Source: Neoechinorhynchus agilis | Taxonomy: Eukaryota > Animalia > Acanthocephala | Direction of reading: 5' to 3' | DNA: 64,000 nt | Assembly (NCBI GenBank): GCA_051530055.1 | Contig: CM121341.1 | Span: forward strand, 4,194,784-4,258,783 | Shown here: positions 37,980 through 51,406 of the stretch, in pieces | How positions within the stretch are numbered: the stretch's first letter is position 1 | How the letters are laid out: each line of letters begins with the position of its first letter | Made by a program: the position numbers and the translations under genes | The notes under the pieces: generated by a model | Told to the model about the DNA's origin: nothing | Databases searched by the model: none | The model's input: only the letters and a program-made list of their open reading frames with translations

Positions 37980-40600
37980 CACTTCTTCTCACGCATTTTT
38001 CTCTCTTGAGAGGTTGCGATTCCCTCGACAATTAATTTATCCTGTTTGATGCAATCTACCCATCGTTTCCTCGGCTTTCCTCGTCGGTGATTTCCCTTTC
38101 TGCGCAGTATGTGATCTGCTTCGCACTTCGAAACTTTATTGTGCCAGCGCAACCTTCTTTGGACGATCAACTCTGAACAGCGGCAAGTGCCGAACAGCTA
38201 TCTGGTGTCCACATTTCTTTTCTTATCCTTGAGATTGTACCCTGCTGCCAATCTCATCTCGTTCGTTTCTAATCTTCTGAGGTCGTTTTGCTTAGTCGTC
38301 CAAGTTTCTACGCCATACAACATGGCTGGTCGCACCACGATCTCGAACACCAGCCCTTTCAGTTTCGGTGAGATCCTTTTGCCGCATAGTACAATAGACA
38401 TCTTCCTCCAATTGAGCCACCCGCTTTGTATACGAGCAGTTATTTCGGGTTCGAGGGAATTTGTCACATTTTCTTCGCTGCCTAGATATTTCACTGTTCT
38501 TCTCATCGTCAAATCCACACCTTCTAACTTGCTTCCGGTCCCATGCATTTTACCTTAAGACCGTTGGTTTCCAATGCCTCACGCCGCCCTTCAGGACTTC
38601 GCTGAGCAAATGTTTCAGCTCATCAGCGACCAATAGTGTTCATGGAGGCTTTCGGACGATTTGCTTAGAACCCAAGACATCCATGATAGTGACGAATAGG
38701 AACGGACTGAGAGTTGATCCCTGATGCAATCCAACTGTAACCTCAAAATAGTTTGTCGCTCCAACACTGCATCTGACACAAGTACAGGATCCTTCTCACA
38801 TGATTTGGATTGCTCTTGTATTCCTCGGGACAGTTCTTTCTGAGGCACGTCCATTCCACGGATGCACTGAATAGCGGTTTCTGTTTTTCATTGTACCTCT
38901 CGTACAATTGTCTGATTAGAAAGATCGCTTCTGTTGTGCTCCGCCCTGGCATAAAACTTCTCTGATCTTCTTCGATGCGGATCTCTCCTCTCAGTCTATT
39001 GTATAGAAGCCTTTCATATAGTTTCATTGTGTGACTCATAAGCTTTATGCCCCTATAGTTACTGCATTGTTCAAAATCTCCTTCTTGTTTGTAGGTCGGA
39101 AAAACTACACTTCACCATGCTTCGGGCATTTTCTTGATTTGTGATATTCTTCGATATAAATTCATCAACACTTGGATACCAAAACGGCGTTAAGCTTTCC
39201 ATATTTCGATCGGGATACCATCCGGTCCAACACCTTTCCCCAATTTCAACGCAGGGCGGTGCCTCCCCGCTGGGCTGTCGCGGATTCTGTGTATTCAGGA
39301 GTTTATCGGAACACTGTCGCCATCTTAGAAGAACGTCGTTTTCGTTTCACAACGTACTTCCCGACGAATCCTTGATCCTTTTGATACTGGAAATATCCTT
39401 TGACTTTTTGTCGCGAATTTGTGCGATATTGAAGATCTTCCCACTCCCATTGCCATTTTCTAGTGCCTCATAGATCTCTGCTTGAAATCCTTATGAGATG
39501 CAACTGTTCTTCTTAGCATCTCGCTTTCGCCGTATCGCTTCTTTTACCCTTGGGTTCCACCACCACTTCTCTTTACCTGATGGAGGCGGTCTTCCTGATG
39601 TATGTCCAAGAATGTCTATTCCTTCCTCCAGAATTAGTTTTGATGATTCGTTCCATCAAACATCTGGGTCGTCAACTTCCATTTCCAGCTTATCTATTAG
39701 CGATTCACCAACTCGTTTTCGACGCTCAGTGTCATTTAGCAACCACCACTTGATTCGAGGGTTCACTTTCCGAGCATACCGCTTCCTCTTTGTTCTGATC
39801 GTCAAGTCTGCTATTACTAGTCGGTGCTGTGGTACGCAATCTTCTCCGAGAATCGTTTTGACGTTCTTTATTTCGTTCCATAGTAATATCGGGTAAAGGA
39901 TGAAATCAATTTGACCAGATTTTCCACCGCTCGAATAACCTATCCTCTTTTTGGAAAAGCGTGCTCGCCAGTCACAGTTCTCTTGAAACGGCGAAGTCGA
40001 GAAGGTTTTAACCTTCGGCATTTCGTTCACCAATGCTGTGCCCACCATGCACTCGTTCGTAGCAGTCTCTATTTCCCACATGTCCACTGAACTCTCCTGC
40101 AATCGCATAACGAGTGCCAAAATTGCTGATGCGATTTGCTGGGCATAGACCGATATTATGGTGATATCCTCTCCTCCTAAATCAAATCACAACGATATGA
40201 TCCTACCATTTGTTCTGATCACTTCCAAAACGCAATGGACTAGTCCTTTTCCATGATGACTCCCACCCCATTCCTACCACTTGGCTCGCCACTATAGATT
40301 ATTTTATCACCATCGCCTAGTTCACGAGCTCTCGCTCCTTTCCACCTGGTCTCCTGCACTCCCAGTATGCCGATCCTTCTCATCAACTATTTATAGACTC
40401 CTTCCCGTCATCGATCCCACATTCAGCGTTGCTATTCTTAGGTCAGTTGTGTAGACTAATTTCTTTAGCTGAGACCGTCCATGTCTCGTTGGCTCTTGAT
40501 GATTTAACACAAACTCCGGGCGGAATTTTACAGCCGGATGTCCTTCCAGACGCCAACCTTCCTCCTTTTTTAGCTGGGCGTGGGACCTAAAGTGAAAAAA
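37980..40600 (-). mobile_element. RTE-clade LINE, near full length and degenerate
   Basis: IATLNVGSMTGRSL, QIDFIL, CVPQHRLVIADL, SHTMKLYER, FMPGRSTTEAIF, KYLGS, VVRPAMLYGVETW; partial twister-like motif at about 40555-40590. Confidence 0.93.
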
Positions 40601-42557
40601 GTCCAAAAAACGTGTAAATTATTACGTCTTAAGTATAGATAGCCGGCTCTATATTTTCTCAAGTGTTGAATTGACCATCATTGCTCTGCTGATTACTACA
40701 AACTCATAACCGTATGGTTCAGCAGGGTATAAATTGTGATTTTATACGCTTCTCTGATCCCAGATTGGAGGGCTTTGTGCCTGAGAAATAAGCCACGTAA
40801 AGGATGGTCACTTCAAGACTTAATAAAAATGTGTAAATGTTTATAGGCCTTAAACCGACTGAAACATGTGATTTTATAGGTTACACCAAAGTCAAATACC
40901 TAAAGTCCTGAGAAATAACATCGTAATTGGAATAGCCAATAAAACTTCTTCATCGCCGAATGTTATGATTTTACAATTGTCCGTTTACATCGGTGCTCTA
41001 TTGGCTAGAGAATCCACCGGGATGTTGGCATATAAAAATATTAAATATGGATTTCGTAGATAGAGAATTGTCCGAGGGGAGAATTGTATCCTTATTTGTC
41101 GAGGATGAAATATTTTGTGAGGATTTTCCTCACCCATTCAGTGTTGGATATATAAAATAAAAATCCAACAGCAACAGAGATCTGACTGAAGAGGTGAAGA
41201 CAATTCTCACGAAATATTTCATAATAAATTGATGAATAATTCATCTAGCGGGGGATACCTCGCCAAATAAGGAAGTCTATAAGGGTTGATAAAGTCGTTT
41301 GAGATTTAGTTATCAAACTGGATTTATTTGTGGTGGTTGGAAAAATCATAAAGGTGCGGATTTTTCATTTTAAAATTTAGTGCCTATTAGACGACCAGCC
41401 AAACAGAACTAGAAACGCTAAAAATCCGTCTAAATTCTAATACCTTGTACTAAACTACAAAGAAAAAGGTTTTCTTAGTCGATTTTTATCGGAACTTATA
41501 AAAATCAAAAAATTTGAAAAGTGTTGATATCGGTAAATTTACGATGGTAGTAGTAAAAATTTAAGTGATTTAAGATGTTTCAGATTTATGGCGTGGAAAG
41601 TTAGACGATTGCGAAATGTATGGCAGTCAGAAATTTGCCTTATTTTAAGAGCTGAAAACTTGAAGCTTGAAAACCTTCTACCGATTAAATTAAATATTTG
41701 AAGTGGCACTTTTAGAACGTAATCGATTCACAGCAAATCGATTTGCGATGCGTACACATTGTAATTAAAGAAAAGAATCAATTTTTGATTTTATTGGTGG
41801 AAGGTAAATTGAAGACACGAAAATTTGTCTATGTGCAAAGTATTGTAAAAAATGTGGTGTAAAATATTCAAGTAGTGGCCTTCTAAACCATAAAAATGAG
41901 GTTTATACGGAAATTTTCACTTTTCCTCATCCATTCTAGTATAAACGAATCAGTAGCTGCACAAAAAGATTTTTTTCCAAATTAATCGGGCACGCAACAA
42001 GTACTTTATTGTTAAAATGTATTGTGTTTTTTTTTCATTCTAACTGAAAAAAAATATACATTTGATAGATACCAAAAACGAGGGCACAGAGGGCTGTTTC
42101 AGTGAGCTTGGAAGGGCGGAAAAGCGAAAAAAATTGATGGTTTGTTTAGAAGATGATTTATTACCATAAATTACCCCATTTGCTCGTTGTGTGCCAATAC
42201 TGCGAAGCAGACTAACGTAGTGATTAATGCGGCACAAGTAAACATAAAACCTAAACGACATCGACAATACAGCCAATCTTTCATTAATTTCACTCAAACA
42301 ATCCATCACCATAAAGTGTATTTCTAGCATTTCTTTAGCAAAACACATGAATTATACGGAAATAACGGATATATTTCCAGGCAGAGACACTTGGTGATAT
42401 CGTTTCTTATAAATACGCGTTTTTTTCGGCTCATGTAACTCGCTGAATAGAAGACACTTGTTTCGAGAACAATGGGCCATAAAGCCAGCGTTTTAACTTC
42501 AGCGGTAAGCTCTTTTATGCTTAAATCAACATAAAATATTTGTCAATTATTGAATAG

Positions 42558-43292
42558 ATGATCGCATCAATAACTGACCAAGACTTTAAGAATACATTTA
42601 CACACGATATTTCTTCATGTAACCGGAATTGGACTCATCTAAGGACGGATGTGCACCGTTTTGAACTATTCCATTTGCTTTCAGAGAATTTTGTGAACCA
42701 TATGGACTTTGAATACGATTATTTGATCTACAAAAACAAACTACAGGTCACTTATTCAAACTCATGCTTAGAATTTCGACGAAGCAGGCATGACCAATCA
42801 ATGTTTTATCGGCATACGCTTGGACGTCTTCGGAGATTCTCAGAACTACTTAAAGCCGCTTATGAGTCTCATCCAACTGGGAAATATTTAAAAGGAATTA
42901 GTGTTTTACCGGAAAAGGATTGTCAAAAATATGGACTAGCGATGATGGCTCTTAAACAAAGACTAAAAAACGAATATGAAGCACTTGAAGTAAAGCTAAA
43001 AGATATAAAAAGACAGATGGAGGAATTACATTTATCAAATATTGAGGATTATGATTTTCGCTGGGAGGATATTTTAGCGTGTAATCGCAATGAGGCGCTT
43101 ACTAGCTCTGGAATCGCATTTCAGCCGGATATTCACATACTCATGACTTACGTCTTCGAAGAAATGATTCCAAAGTTCTTGGTCGTACCCAAGAAGAAGT
43201 TCTGGAGTTTTGCAAAGACAAATAGTTCCAAACTAGGATACAGGTGCATGTTTTGTCGAAGTTTTAAACGCTATTGGCGTCCAGTGAGTTGA
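42558..43292 (+). CDS. Hypothetical protein (244 aa) with a predicted coiled coil
   Basis: Long ATG-initiated ORF in AT-rich DNA; heptad-like LKQRLKNEYEALEVKLKDIKRQMEEL. Confidence 0.55.
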   Translation: MIASITDQDFKNTFTHDISSCNRNWTHLRTDVHRFELFHLLSENFVNHMDFEYDYLIYKNKLQVTYSNSCLEFRRSRHDQSMFYRHTLGRLRRFSELLKAAYESHPTGKYLKGISVLPEKDCQKYGLAMMALKQRLKNEYEALEVKLKDIKRQMEELHLSNIEDYDFRWEDILACNRNEALTSSGIAFQPDIHILMTYVFEEMIPKFLVVPKKKFWSFAKTNSSKLGYRCMFCRSFKRYWRPVS

Positions 43293-43587
43293 GAACTGTC
43301 TTTTTGTGGCCGAGTTGATAATAAAATTTCGCAAAAAAAGGATCGTGATGTTGTAGTGGGACATTTGACCATGAAAAACTTAATCATTGTTATTTACATA
43401 AATGAAAAAGAAGCACTTACTTCAGCGATATAAAACTTGTTTGTGAGTATCGAATCCATCTTAGAGTTTCATATGACAAATCGTACCTAAAAAAGACTTC
43501 ATTCTTATGAGAAAAAACACTATGAAACATGAACAATATTTAAAATATTTGATCCATAAAACATCTTAGCTTATTTTTATTGTTCTT

Positions 43588-44470
43588 GGATTTTTTTAAC
43601 TAAAGCAACTAAAATTCAGCAAGATATTGACCGATTTATTTTTTAGTTTCAATTAGCGATGTTTGATTCAGAAAATAGATTTATATTGAAAATTTTCGGC
43701 CTTTTCGTTGGCCTTCTTCAGTTAATCTACAATTTAAAAGAAGCATTGTCAAATAGTTTATCTGGTTCGTTTTGGTATTAAGACAATATGCTTTGAACAA
43801 AATCAACCTCATTGACTTTTTGACATTAATTCTTTAGTTTGTTTCTAAACCAGCAAATTAACGACGAAATGTATGAATAAACGAATTTTTGTTAATATCG
43901 ATACACCAACGTCTTACCTGTGACCAATGAACACTTTGCGCAAAATTAAAGATAGCTGATAAACTCGCGAGATTAATTCGAAAAATTTAACTCATGACTA
44001 CGTTTAACGAAATTTTTAAATATATTTGGGGGATTTTTTTAACTAAAGCAACTAAAATTCAGCAAGATATTGACCGATTTATTTTTTAGTTTCAATTAGC
44101 GATGTTTGATTCAGAAAATAGATTTATATTGAAAATTTTCGGCCTTTTCGTTGGCCTTCTTCAGTTAATCTACAATTTAAAAGAAGCATTGTCAAATAGT
44201 TTATCTGGTTCGTTTTGGTATTAAGACAATATTCTTTGAACAAAATCAACCTCATTGACTTTTTGACATTAATTCTTTAGTTTGTTTTTAAACCAGCAAA
44301 TTAACGACGAAATGTACGAATAAATGAATTTTTGTTAATATCGATACACCAACGTCTTATCTGTGACCAATGAACACTTTGCGCAAAAGTAAAGATAGCT
44401 GATAAACTCGCGAGATTAATTCGAAAAATTTAACTCATGACTACGTTTAACGAAATTTTTAAATATATTT
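43588..44470. repeat. Direct tandem duplication, about 443 bp x 2, overlapping the TMEM70 stop codon region
   Basis: aactaaagcaactaaaattcagc at about 43598 and 44041; both copies end aaatttttaaatatattt. Confidence 0.93.
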
Positions 44471-45022
44471 ATTTGGATCTATTGGTTTATCATACCCCAA
44501 CAAACGCGCTTGAAGCTCCAGGTCATTAAAGTCGTTCCAATTTAAGAAAAAGGCACAATTATTTTCTCCAGCACAGATTGATGTGAAAGGTCCTGGAATT
44601 TGCGGAACAACAAACGATTGAACGCTGAAAATCTGTCTTTTCTTAAATCCAAGTATATTTCTGGTTATCAACTCGATTGCATCATTCTCACGATCATAAG
44701 TGGCTTCAATAACATATCTTTTAAAGAAGAGTGTTTAGGTAGCGAAACCATGTTCGAATCTCACTGCTCAACTCAAACACTCATGACACAATTGATGTAA
44801 TAAAAGTGGAGTTCCAAGGATAAATGCAGAGCTCATTGTGCCAACAATAACCATTGCTATAGTATTCCCGGTTAAGGTCTTCAAAAAGAAAGGCATCGTT
44901 AAGGCACCCATCGCACTCGAACTTAGCGACAGTGCCTTGGTTATTGCGATCCGGCGAGCCAGTGAACCAGTGTAGACCAGTTGATGGGAGGTTGCACTGG
45001 TCCGTAAAAAGATATTTTTCAT
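44459..45022 (-). CDS. TMEM70: TMEM70-family mitochondrial ATP synthase assembly factor, split by a 63-bp insertion (about 44723-44787)
   Basis: LVYTGSLAR...KALSLSSS, TPLLLHQL, KRYV and RLLGYDK match TMEM70 IYTGNMAR, TPVLLHFITKGYV and HLMGYDK. Confidence 0.85.
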
Positions 45023-46406
45023 CTTAAATGAATGATTACAAAAAAAGAGGAAATGCACAATAGTGAGGATTCCTCCGGAATTTATTTCAATAAAATATAT
45101 TTTATACCCACAGGGAGAGGGAGATTATGGTCATGATGCTAGTAAAACTTTATCATCCCAAAGCATTTTCTCTCTACCATAATGACAGAGTTGTAGATGT
45201 GCTAATCATAATCCTCAGCCGGATAAAACGTATTTAATTGAAATATTTCTATAGTAAGAAGTCGAAATGTTAAAGTATTGAGAAACAGTAAAAAAAGTTC
45301 TTCTTTCGAGATATTTTATTTCAATAAAATATATTTTATACCCGGGGGAGGATTATCGTCATGAAGCAATTAAAACAATAATAATGCTCCATTTCTAATC
45401 AATTTATCTAGAACTGATTTCGTTGGTGTAAAAAAGACTGTTTAAATTGTTCTGCACGAAAACCCATCTAGGACTTAACTCCTTTTGGTTTCCTAACAGA
45501 AAATCTCGTTCATTGTCTATTTTTAGGAAGCTGTTAGGCCGATGGATATTGTTGGTGTCAATATGTCTATTTGAAAGGTTTCATTGCTCATCCAATAATG
45601 TCGAATTATAAATATACAAAAATAGTTATTCCATCTTCTTATGGACATTCTTGCCATCTCGAATTTCTTTTCTCTGAAATGTAAGCTCGTTTTTTCGCAT
45701 AAAGGCATAATTTAGCTCGAAGAAAGGAAGTTGTAACTTTTAGGAATTTATTTAAAGGTGCTGACATATTAACAGTTACGAATCTTAAAGCAGTATCTTG
45801 AGAATTTACACATTCCTTTTTATCAGAATTAACGAAACAACAAAATGAAAGATTCAGTAGACCAATATACACATAGTACAAATTTTGTTTTGAATTCTTA
45901 GCATTTATTTAGTGTTTAGATAATTCCTTTCTCAGTTTTTGCCTTTAGGCCGGAAAAGCCGAGTAAGGGATTATTTAAATACTTAAAAATAACCGGCTTG
46001 TAAGAGGCCATACAGAAAAAAAGATAATTAACAATTATTATTCATAAGATCGTAAACAATATAAAGCAGAATACAACTGGACTCATAAAAATTTTAAAGC
46101 TCTACAAAACGTAATGGATACGAAATTTTTCGACCATTAGAATTAAATATGATTCAGCTTCGGGACGGCTTTGCCCATTACTGAATTTCGTTTAAAAAAC
46201 AACTACTACATGTTGCAGTTTTCCATTGTTGAGCAATAATGCGATTTTTTAAACTAAAATTTGAATTTGCCGGAAACAGGCAAGAATCTCGATAAATTCA
46301 TAACGAATGGATTCATAGAAATGCAAATCATCCGTAATCATAGCCCAACTCAGCACTGTCCTCAAAGAACACAATCGGTTTTGCATCATTACAAGACTCA
46401 ATGGAA

Positions 46407-46712
46407 TTACAATTTAGATCTTTTGTTAGCAGGACAGATTTCATCGATTTCCGCCTTGCTTCGTTTTCCATTTCTTCCCACAACTAAAAGGTTACCATCG
46501 AATATAGGCGGCGTAGGTGGGCGCATGGGCCGAATAGTCTCGATCTTTACGAGTTTTAGAGGTTGATCTGATTGAATTGAATCAATTGCTTCCCGTTTTC
46601 TTGAAGGCTGTGAATCGATGACCATAATCGGCGATGGTTGAACCGGTGGCTGACTTCTTGGAACGATTCGTAGCACTGTGGGAGTACCGGTCAACGCGTG
46701 GGGATAATTCAT
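46407..46712 (-). CDS. Hypothetical Pro-rich protein (101 aa) ending in -SKL
   Basis: ATG-initiated ORF in a GC-richer island; no family motif. Confidence 0.4.
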   Translation of the reverse strand: MNYPHALTGTPTVLRIVPRSQPPVQPSPIMVIDSQPSRKREAIDSIQSDQPLKLVKIETIRPMRPPTPPIFDGNLLVVGRNGKRSKAEIDEICPANKRSKL

Positions 46713-46789
46713 CGCAAAAAAGCACTGAATACGTAAAATCTACAAACTTAGGGGTGTTTGTGAGTTGACGAGTAAAGGACGTTGATTTT

Positions 46790-48920
46790 CAAAAGAAACG
46801 ACCTTAAAAGAAGAATGTAAAATGGTCAAAAAGGACGATTGAAAGAGTTAAAAATTACGAATAAATAATGGAAATGGAGTAGGAAATATGAGGCAAAATG
46901 AAATAAAAAGTCTATTTAAAAATTTAGTGATTTGTTTGAGGTGGCATCGATAATAAAATCTGATTAAATAATGCGAGTTTTTGTGGGAAAAGATGGAAAC
47001 CGATAAGAAAGTGAAATAACACTCCAAAGAAAATAGAGGACATTGATTTTTAAAAGAAGTGACCTTAAAAGAAGAATGTAAAATGGTCAAAAAGGACGAT
47101 TAAAAAAGTTTAAAATTACGGGCAAATAATGGAAATGGAGTAGGAAATATGAGGCAAATGAAATAAAAAGTCTATTTAAAAATTTAGAGATTTGTTTGAG
47201 GTGGCATCGATAATAAAATCTGATTAAATAATGCGAGTTTTTGTGGGAAAAGATGGAAACCGATAAGAAAGCGAAATAACACTCCAAAGAAAATAGAGGA
47301 CATTGATTTTTAAAAGAAGTGAACTTAAAAGAAGAATGTTAAAATGGTCAAAAAGGACGATTAAAAAAGTTTAAAAATTACGGGCAAATAATGGAAATGG
47401 AGTAGGAAATATGAGGCAAAATGAAATAAAAAGTCTATTTAAAAATTTAGAGATTTGTTTGAGGTGGCATCAATAATAAAATCTGATTAAATTTTACGTG
47501 TTTTTGCGCGAAAAGATGGAAACCGATAAGAAAGCGAAATAACACTCCAAAGAAAATAGAGGACATTGATTTTTAAAAGAAGTGACCTTAAAAGAAGAAT
47601 GTAAAATGGTCAAAAAGGACGATTAAAAAAGTTTAAAATTACGGGCAAATAATGGAAATGGAGTAGGAAATATGAGGCAAAATGAAATAAAAATTCTATT
47701 TCAAAATTTAGTGATTTGTTTGAGGTGGCATCAATAATAAAATCTGATTAAATAATGCGAGTTTTTGTGGGAAAAGATAGAAACTCATAAGAAAGCGAAA
47801 TAACACTCCAAAGAAAATAGAGGACATTGATTTTTAAAAGAAGTGACCTCAAAAGAAGAATGTAAAATGGTCAAAAAGGACGATTAAAAAAGTTTAAAAT
47901 TACGGGCAAATAATGGAAATGGAGTAGGAAATATGAGGCAAAATGAAATAAAAAGTCTATTTAAAAATTTAGTGATTTGTTTGAGGTGGCATCAATAATA
48001 AAATCTGATTAAATAATGCGAGTTTTTGTGGGAAAAGATAGAAACTGATAAGAAAGCGAAATAACACTCCAAAGAAAATAGAGGACATTAATTTTTAAAA
48101 GAAATGACCTTAAAAGAAGAATGTAAAATGGTTAAAAAGGACGATTGAAAAAGTAAAAAATTACGAATAAATAATGGAAATGGAGTAGGGAATATGAGGC
48201 AAAATGAAATAAAAATTCTATTTCAAAATTTAGTGATTTGTTTGAGGTGGCATCAATAATAAAATCTGATTAAATAATGCGAGTTTTTGTGGGAAAAGAT
48301 AGAAACTCATAAGAAAGCGAAATAACACTCCAAAGAAAATAGAGGACATTGATTTTTAAAAGAAGTGACCTCAAAAGAAGAATGTAAAATGGTCAAAAAG
48401 GACGATTAAAAAAGTTTAAAATTACGGGCAAATAATGGAAATGGAGTAGGAAATATGAGGCAAAATGAAATAAAAAGTCTATTTAAAAATTTAGAGATTT
48501 GTTTGAGGTGGCATCGATAATAAACTCTGATTAAATAATGCGAGTTTTTGTGGGAAAAGATGGAAACCGATAAGAAAGTGAAATAACACTCCAAAGAAAA
48601 TAGAGGACATTGATTTTTAAAAGAAGTGACCTTAAAAGAAGAATGTAAAATGGTCTAAAAGGACGATTGAAAGAGTTAAAAATTACGAATAAATAATGGA
48701 AATGGAGTAGGAAATATGAGGCAAAATGAAATAAAAAGTCTTTTTCAAAATTTAGAGATTTGTTTGAGGTGGCATCGATAATAAAATCTGATTAAATAAT
48801 GCGAGTTTTTGTGGGAAAAGATGGAAACCGATAAGAAAGCGAAATAATACTCCGAAGAAAATAAAGGACATTGATTTTTAAAAGAAATGACCTTAAAAGA
48901 AGAATGTAAAATGGTTAAAA
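46790..48920. repeat. Satellite of about 261-bp units, about 8 copies
   Basis: gacct(t/c)aaaagaagaatg recurs every about 261 bp from 46800 to 48889. Confidence 0.97.
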
Positions 48921-49111
48921 ACGGCTTGGACGATCTGCGTGTAGGTCGCTAGTTTCGTTTTAGCAGCCCTTTCCTTTACTTTTCTGTACACGTACAAAAG
49001 CTCTCGCTGCTCAAGAAAATCCAGCCTGAAATTCGATTTTCCCTTCATTCAATTTGTTTATTTTGACGGAAACCTCTTATTCGATTGATACATCTTAGCA
49101 AGAACCTGAAC

Positions 49112-49237
49112 GCTGCTTGTGGATTTGAACAATTTTTCATTAATTATGCAAATGAACGACTTCATCCAGCAAAAGACTCGGGCATATTGTGGAGAAAGAT
49201 TAATTACGAAGATAATCAAATGGAGTTGGAAATTTGA
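49112..49237 (+). pseudogene. Myosin motor-domain fragment
   Basis: GFEQFFINYANERLH...GILWRKINYEDNQ..LEI matches myosin SFEQLCINYANERLQ...GI.W..I.Y.DN; internal deletion and stop. Confidence 0.75.
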
Positions 49238-49739
49238 TTAAATAATACGAGTTTTCGTGGGATTCAACCAAGAAAATTTTTAAGAAAGCGATTTTTTTTC
49301 AAGACGATCTAAACTTTAAGATCACCGACAAATTCTGTGTTCATTGGTCGCGTTGAATCGGTGCTTTGGGGACACTGCCCACCTCTGAAGAAAGTTGAAC
49401 GGTCAGTGACCGAATCGTAGCATCCAAATCTTCAAGTATCGCTTTGGTCTCAGTGTATTTTTCAGCCAATGAGCGTTTATCCTCACTTACTTTTCGCATC
49501 TACAACGAAAATGGCGATCCGCCAAAACGCTAAAGACCTTACGGGCCAAAACGCTAATTATCAATATGTTCAAAATTTCACATGTTTCTTCCAGAGAGAC
49601 CGTTTGCGATTCTTCAGCGTCTAAATATTGGTGATCACGATTATCGATTGAGGGCATTCAAAGCGACGATTTTGTTCGACCGCGAAAAATGGAATAAGAG
49701 ATAGTTGACAATGAAAATAAGATCGATGTAAACAAGTTT

Positions 49740-50650
49740 TTTAAGGCACACCAAAAACAAAATAAATACTTTGTCTTAGATTATTATCTTCGGGGTTGCC
49801 AAGCTCCCGGGGGTTTAAATTATCGGAAGGGATGAGCTGACGGACAGCGTTGCCCTCCTCTGATTCCTTTTCAGATAACCGAAGAAAAGCTTCCTGACGA
49901 AGACGTCGAAAATTTGAAGTAACAAATAAATAAAACACCCATTTTCCGTTCGATAATAAATCTGGAATAAAACATGAGGGTGTTGGGAAAAGAGGCTTTC
50001 CATAATATCTATTTCCTCAATCACAAAAACTCTAAATCCAACGTTTTTGATCTGAAAAAGTCCGATGAAATTTAAGAATTATTGTGTTTACGAAAAAGAA
50101 GAATTTTTAATCTCTATTTTCTCAATCACAAAAAACTCGAAATTCAACGTTTTGGATATCACACCAAAAACAAAATAAATACTTTGTCTTAGATTATTAT
50201 CTTCGGGGTTGCCAAGCTCCCGGGGGTTTAAATTATCGGAAGGGATGAGCTGACGGACAGCGTTGCCCTCCTCTGATTCCTTTTCAGATAACCGAAGAAA
50301 AGCTTCCTGACGAAGGCGTCGAAAATTTGAAGTAACAAATAAATAAAACACCCATTTTCCGTTCGATAATAAATCTGGAATAAAACATGAGGGTGTTGGG
50401 AAAAGAGGCTTTCCATAATATCTATTTCCTCAATCACAAAAACTCTAAATCCAACGTTTTTGATCTGAAAAAGTCCGATGAAATTTAAGAATTATTGTGT
50501 TTACGAAAAAGAAGAATTTTTAATCTCTATTTTCTCAATCACAAAAAACTCGAAATCCAACGTTTTGGATATCACACCAAAAACAAAATAAATACTTTGT
50601 CTTAGATTATTATCTTCGGGGTTGCCAAGCTCCCGGGTGTTTAAATTATC
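49740..50650. repeat. Tandem array of about 413-bp units (about 2.2 copies)
   Basis: cacaccaaaaacaaaataaatactttg at about 49747, 50160 and 50573. Confidence 0.93.
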
Positions 50651-51406
50651 AGAATTTATTTCGTCGGAGGATTATTTCGACATTTCACCAATTTTTGTCA
50701 TTGTTTCACAAGTTTTCTGCTACCTTGATAATATTGGAATAATCCGAGAGGTGAAATATCGGGGAAATATAGATTAGTGAATTCAAATCTGGGAGCGTTT
50801 TGCTGAGATTTCTTAAGAATGTAGGATTTTTGACCTTTGATTGAATTATGGATTATTGAAAGATTAACTTTGATCGAAATATTTTACGTAACAAACCAAT
50901 GATTTCACGTACTGAATACTTTCAACCGAAAGTTTATGTGCTGCCATACTTCTATCGATAAAATATATTTTGATTTTCGAAATTACCAAACTTGATGAGA
51001 AAATCATGTAGAATTTCACAAGAAATCAGAGTGCTCTAAGTAGCATTTCTTATCTACGTCCACAGTCTTTGGATTCGTTTGGAACAAAAAATTCCCTTAT
51101 TAAATAGTGAATCATCACGGCTTTTAGAGAGCGAATCACGTAACCAATCAAATCAGTTTTGATTATAAGATGGGTAAATTTTTTTCTCATTAAAAGAAAA
51201 TCATTAATCCTTCTTAAGAAACCTAACTTTTGCGATCATCCTTGCAATTTTTTACCTTGATATTTTTTGAAAAACAAAACGCAAAAATCGATATTTCAAA
51301 AATAGTTATATAGAAAAGGTAATTTTTGTCGAAGAGATTTGGAATTATACAGAAAGCTTGACGAATGATGTTTACAGTTTCCTCTCAGACAAGTTAATCA
51401 ATCGAT

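Noticed and set aside
46790-48920. CRISPR-like array
   Set aside because: Whole units repeat with no unique spacers, the context is eukaryotic and no cas genes are present.
49741-50437. Duplicated short ORFs in the 413-bp array as genes
   Set aside because: They arise from the tandem repeat; no recognised motif or clear start context.
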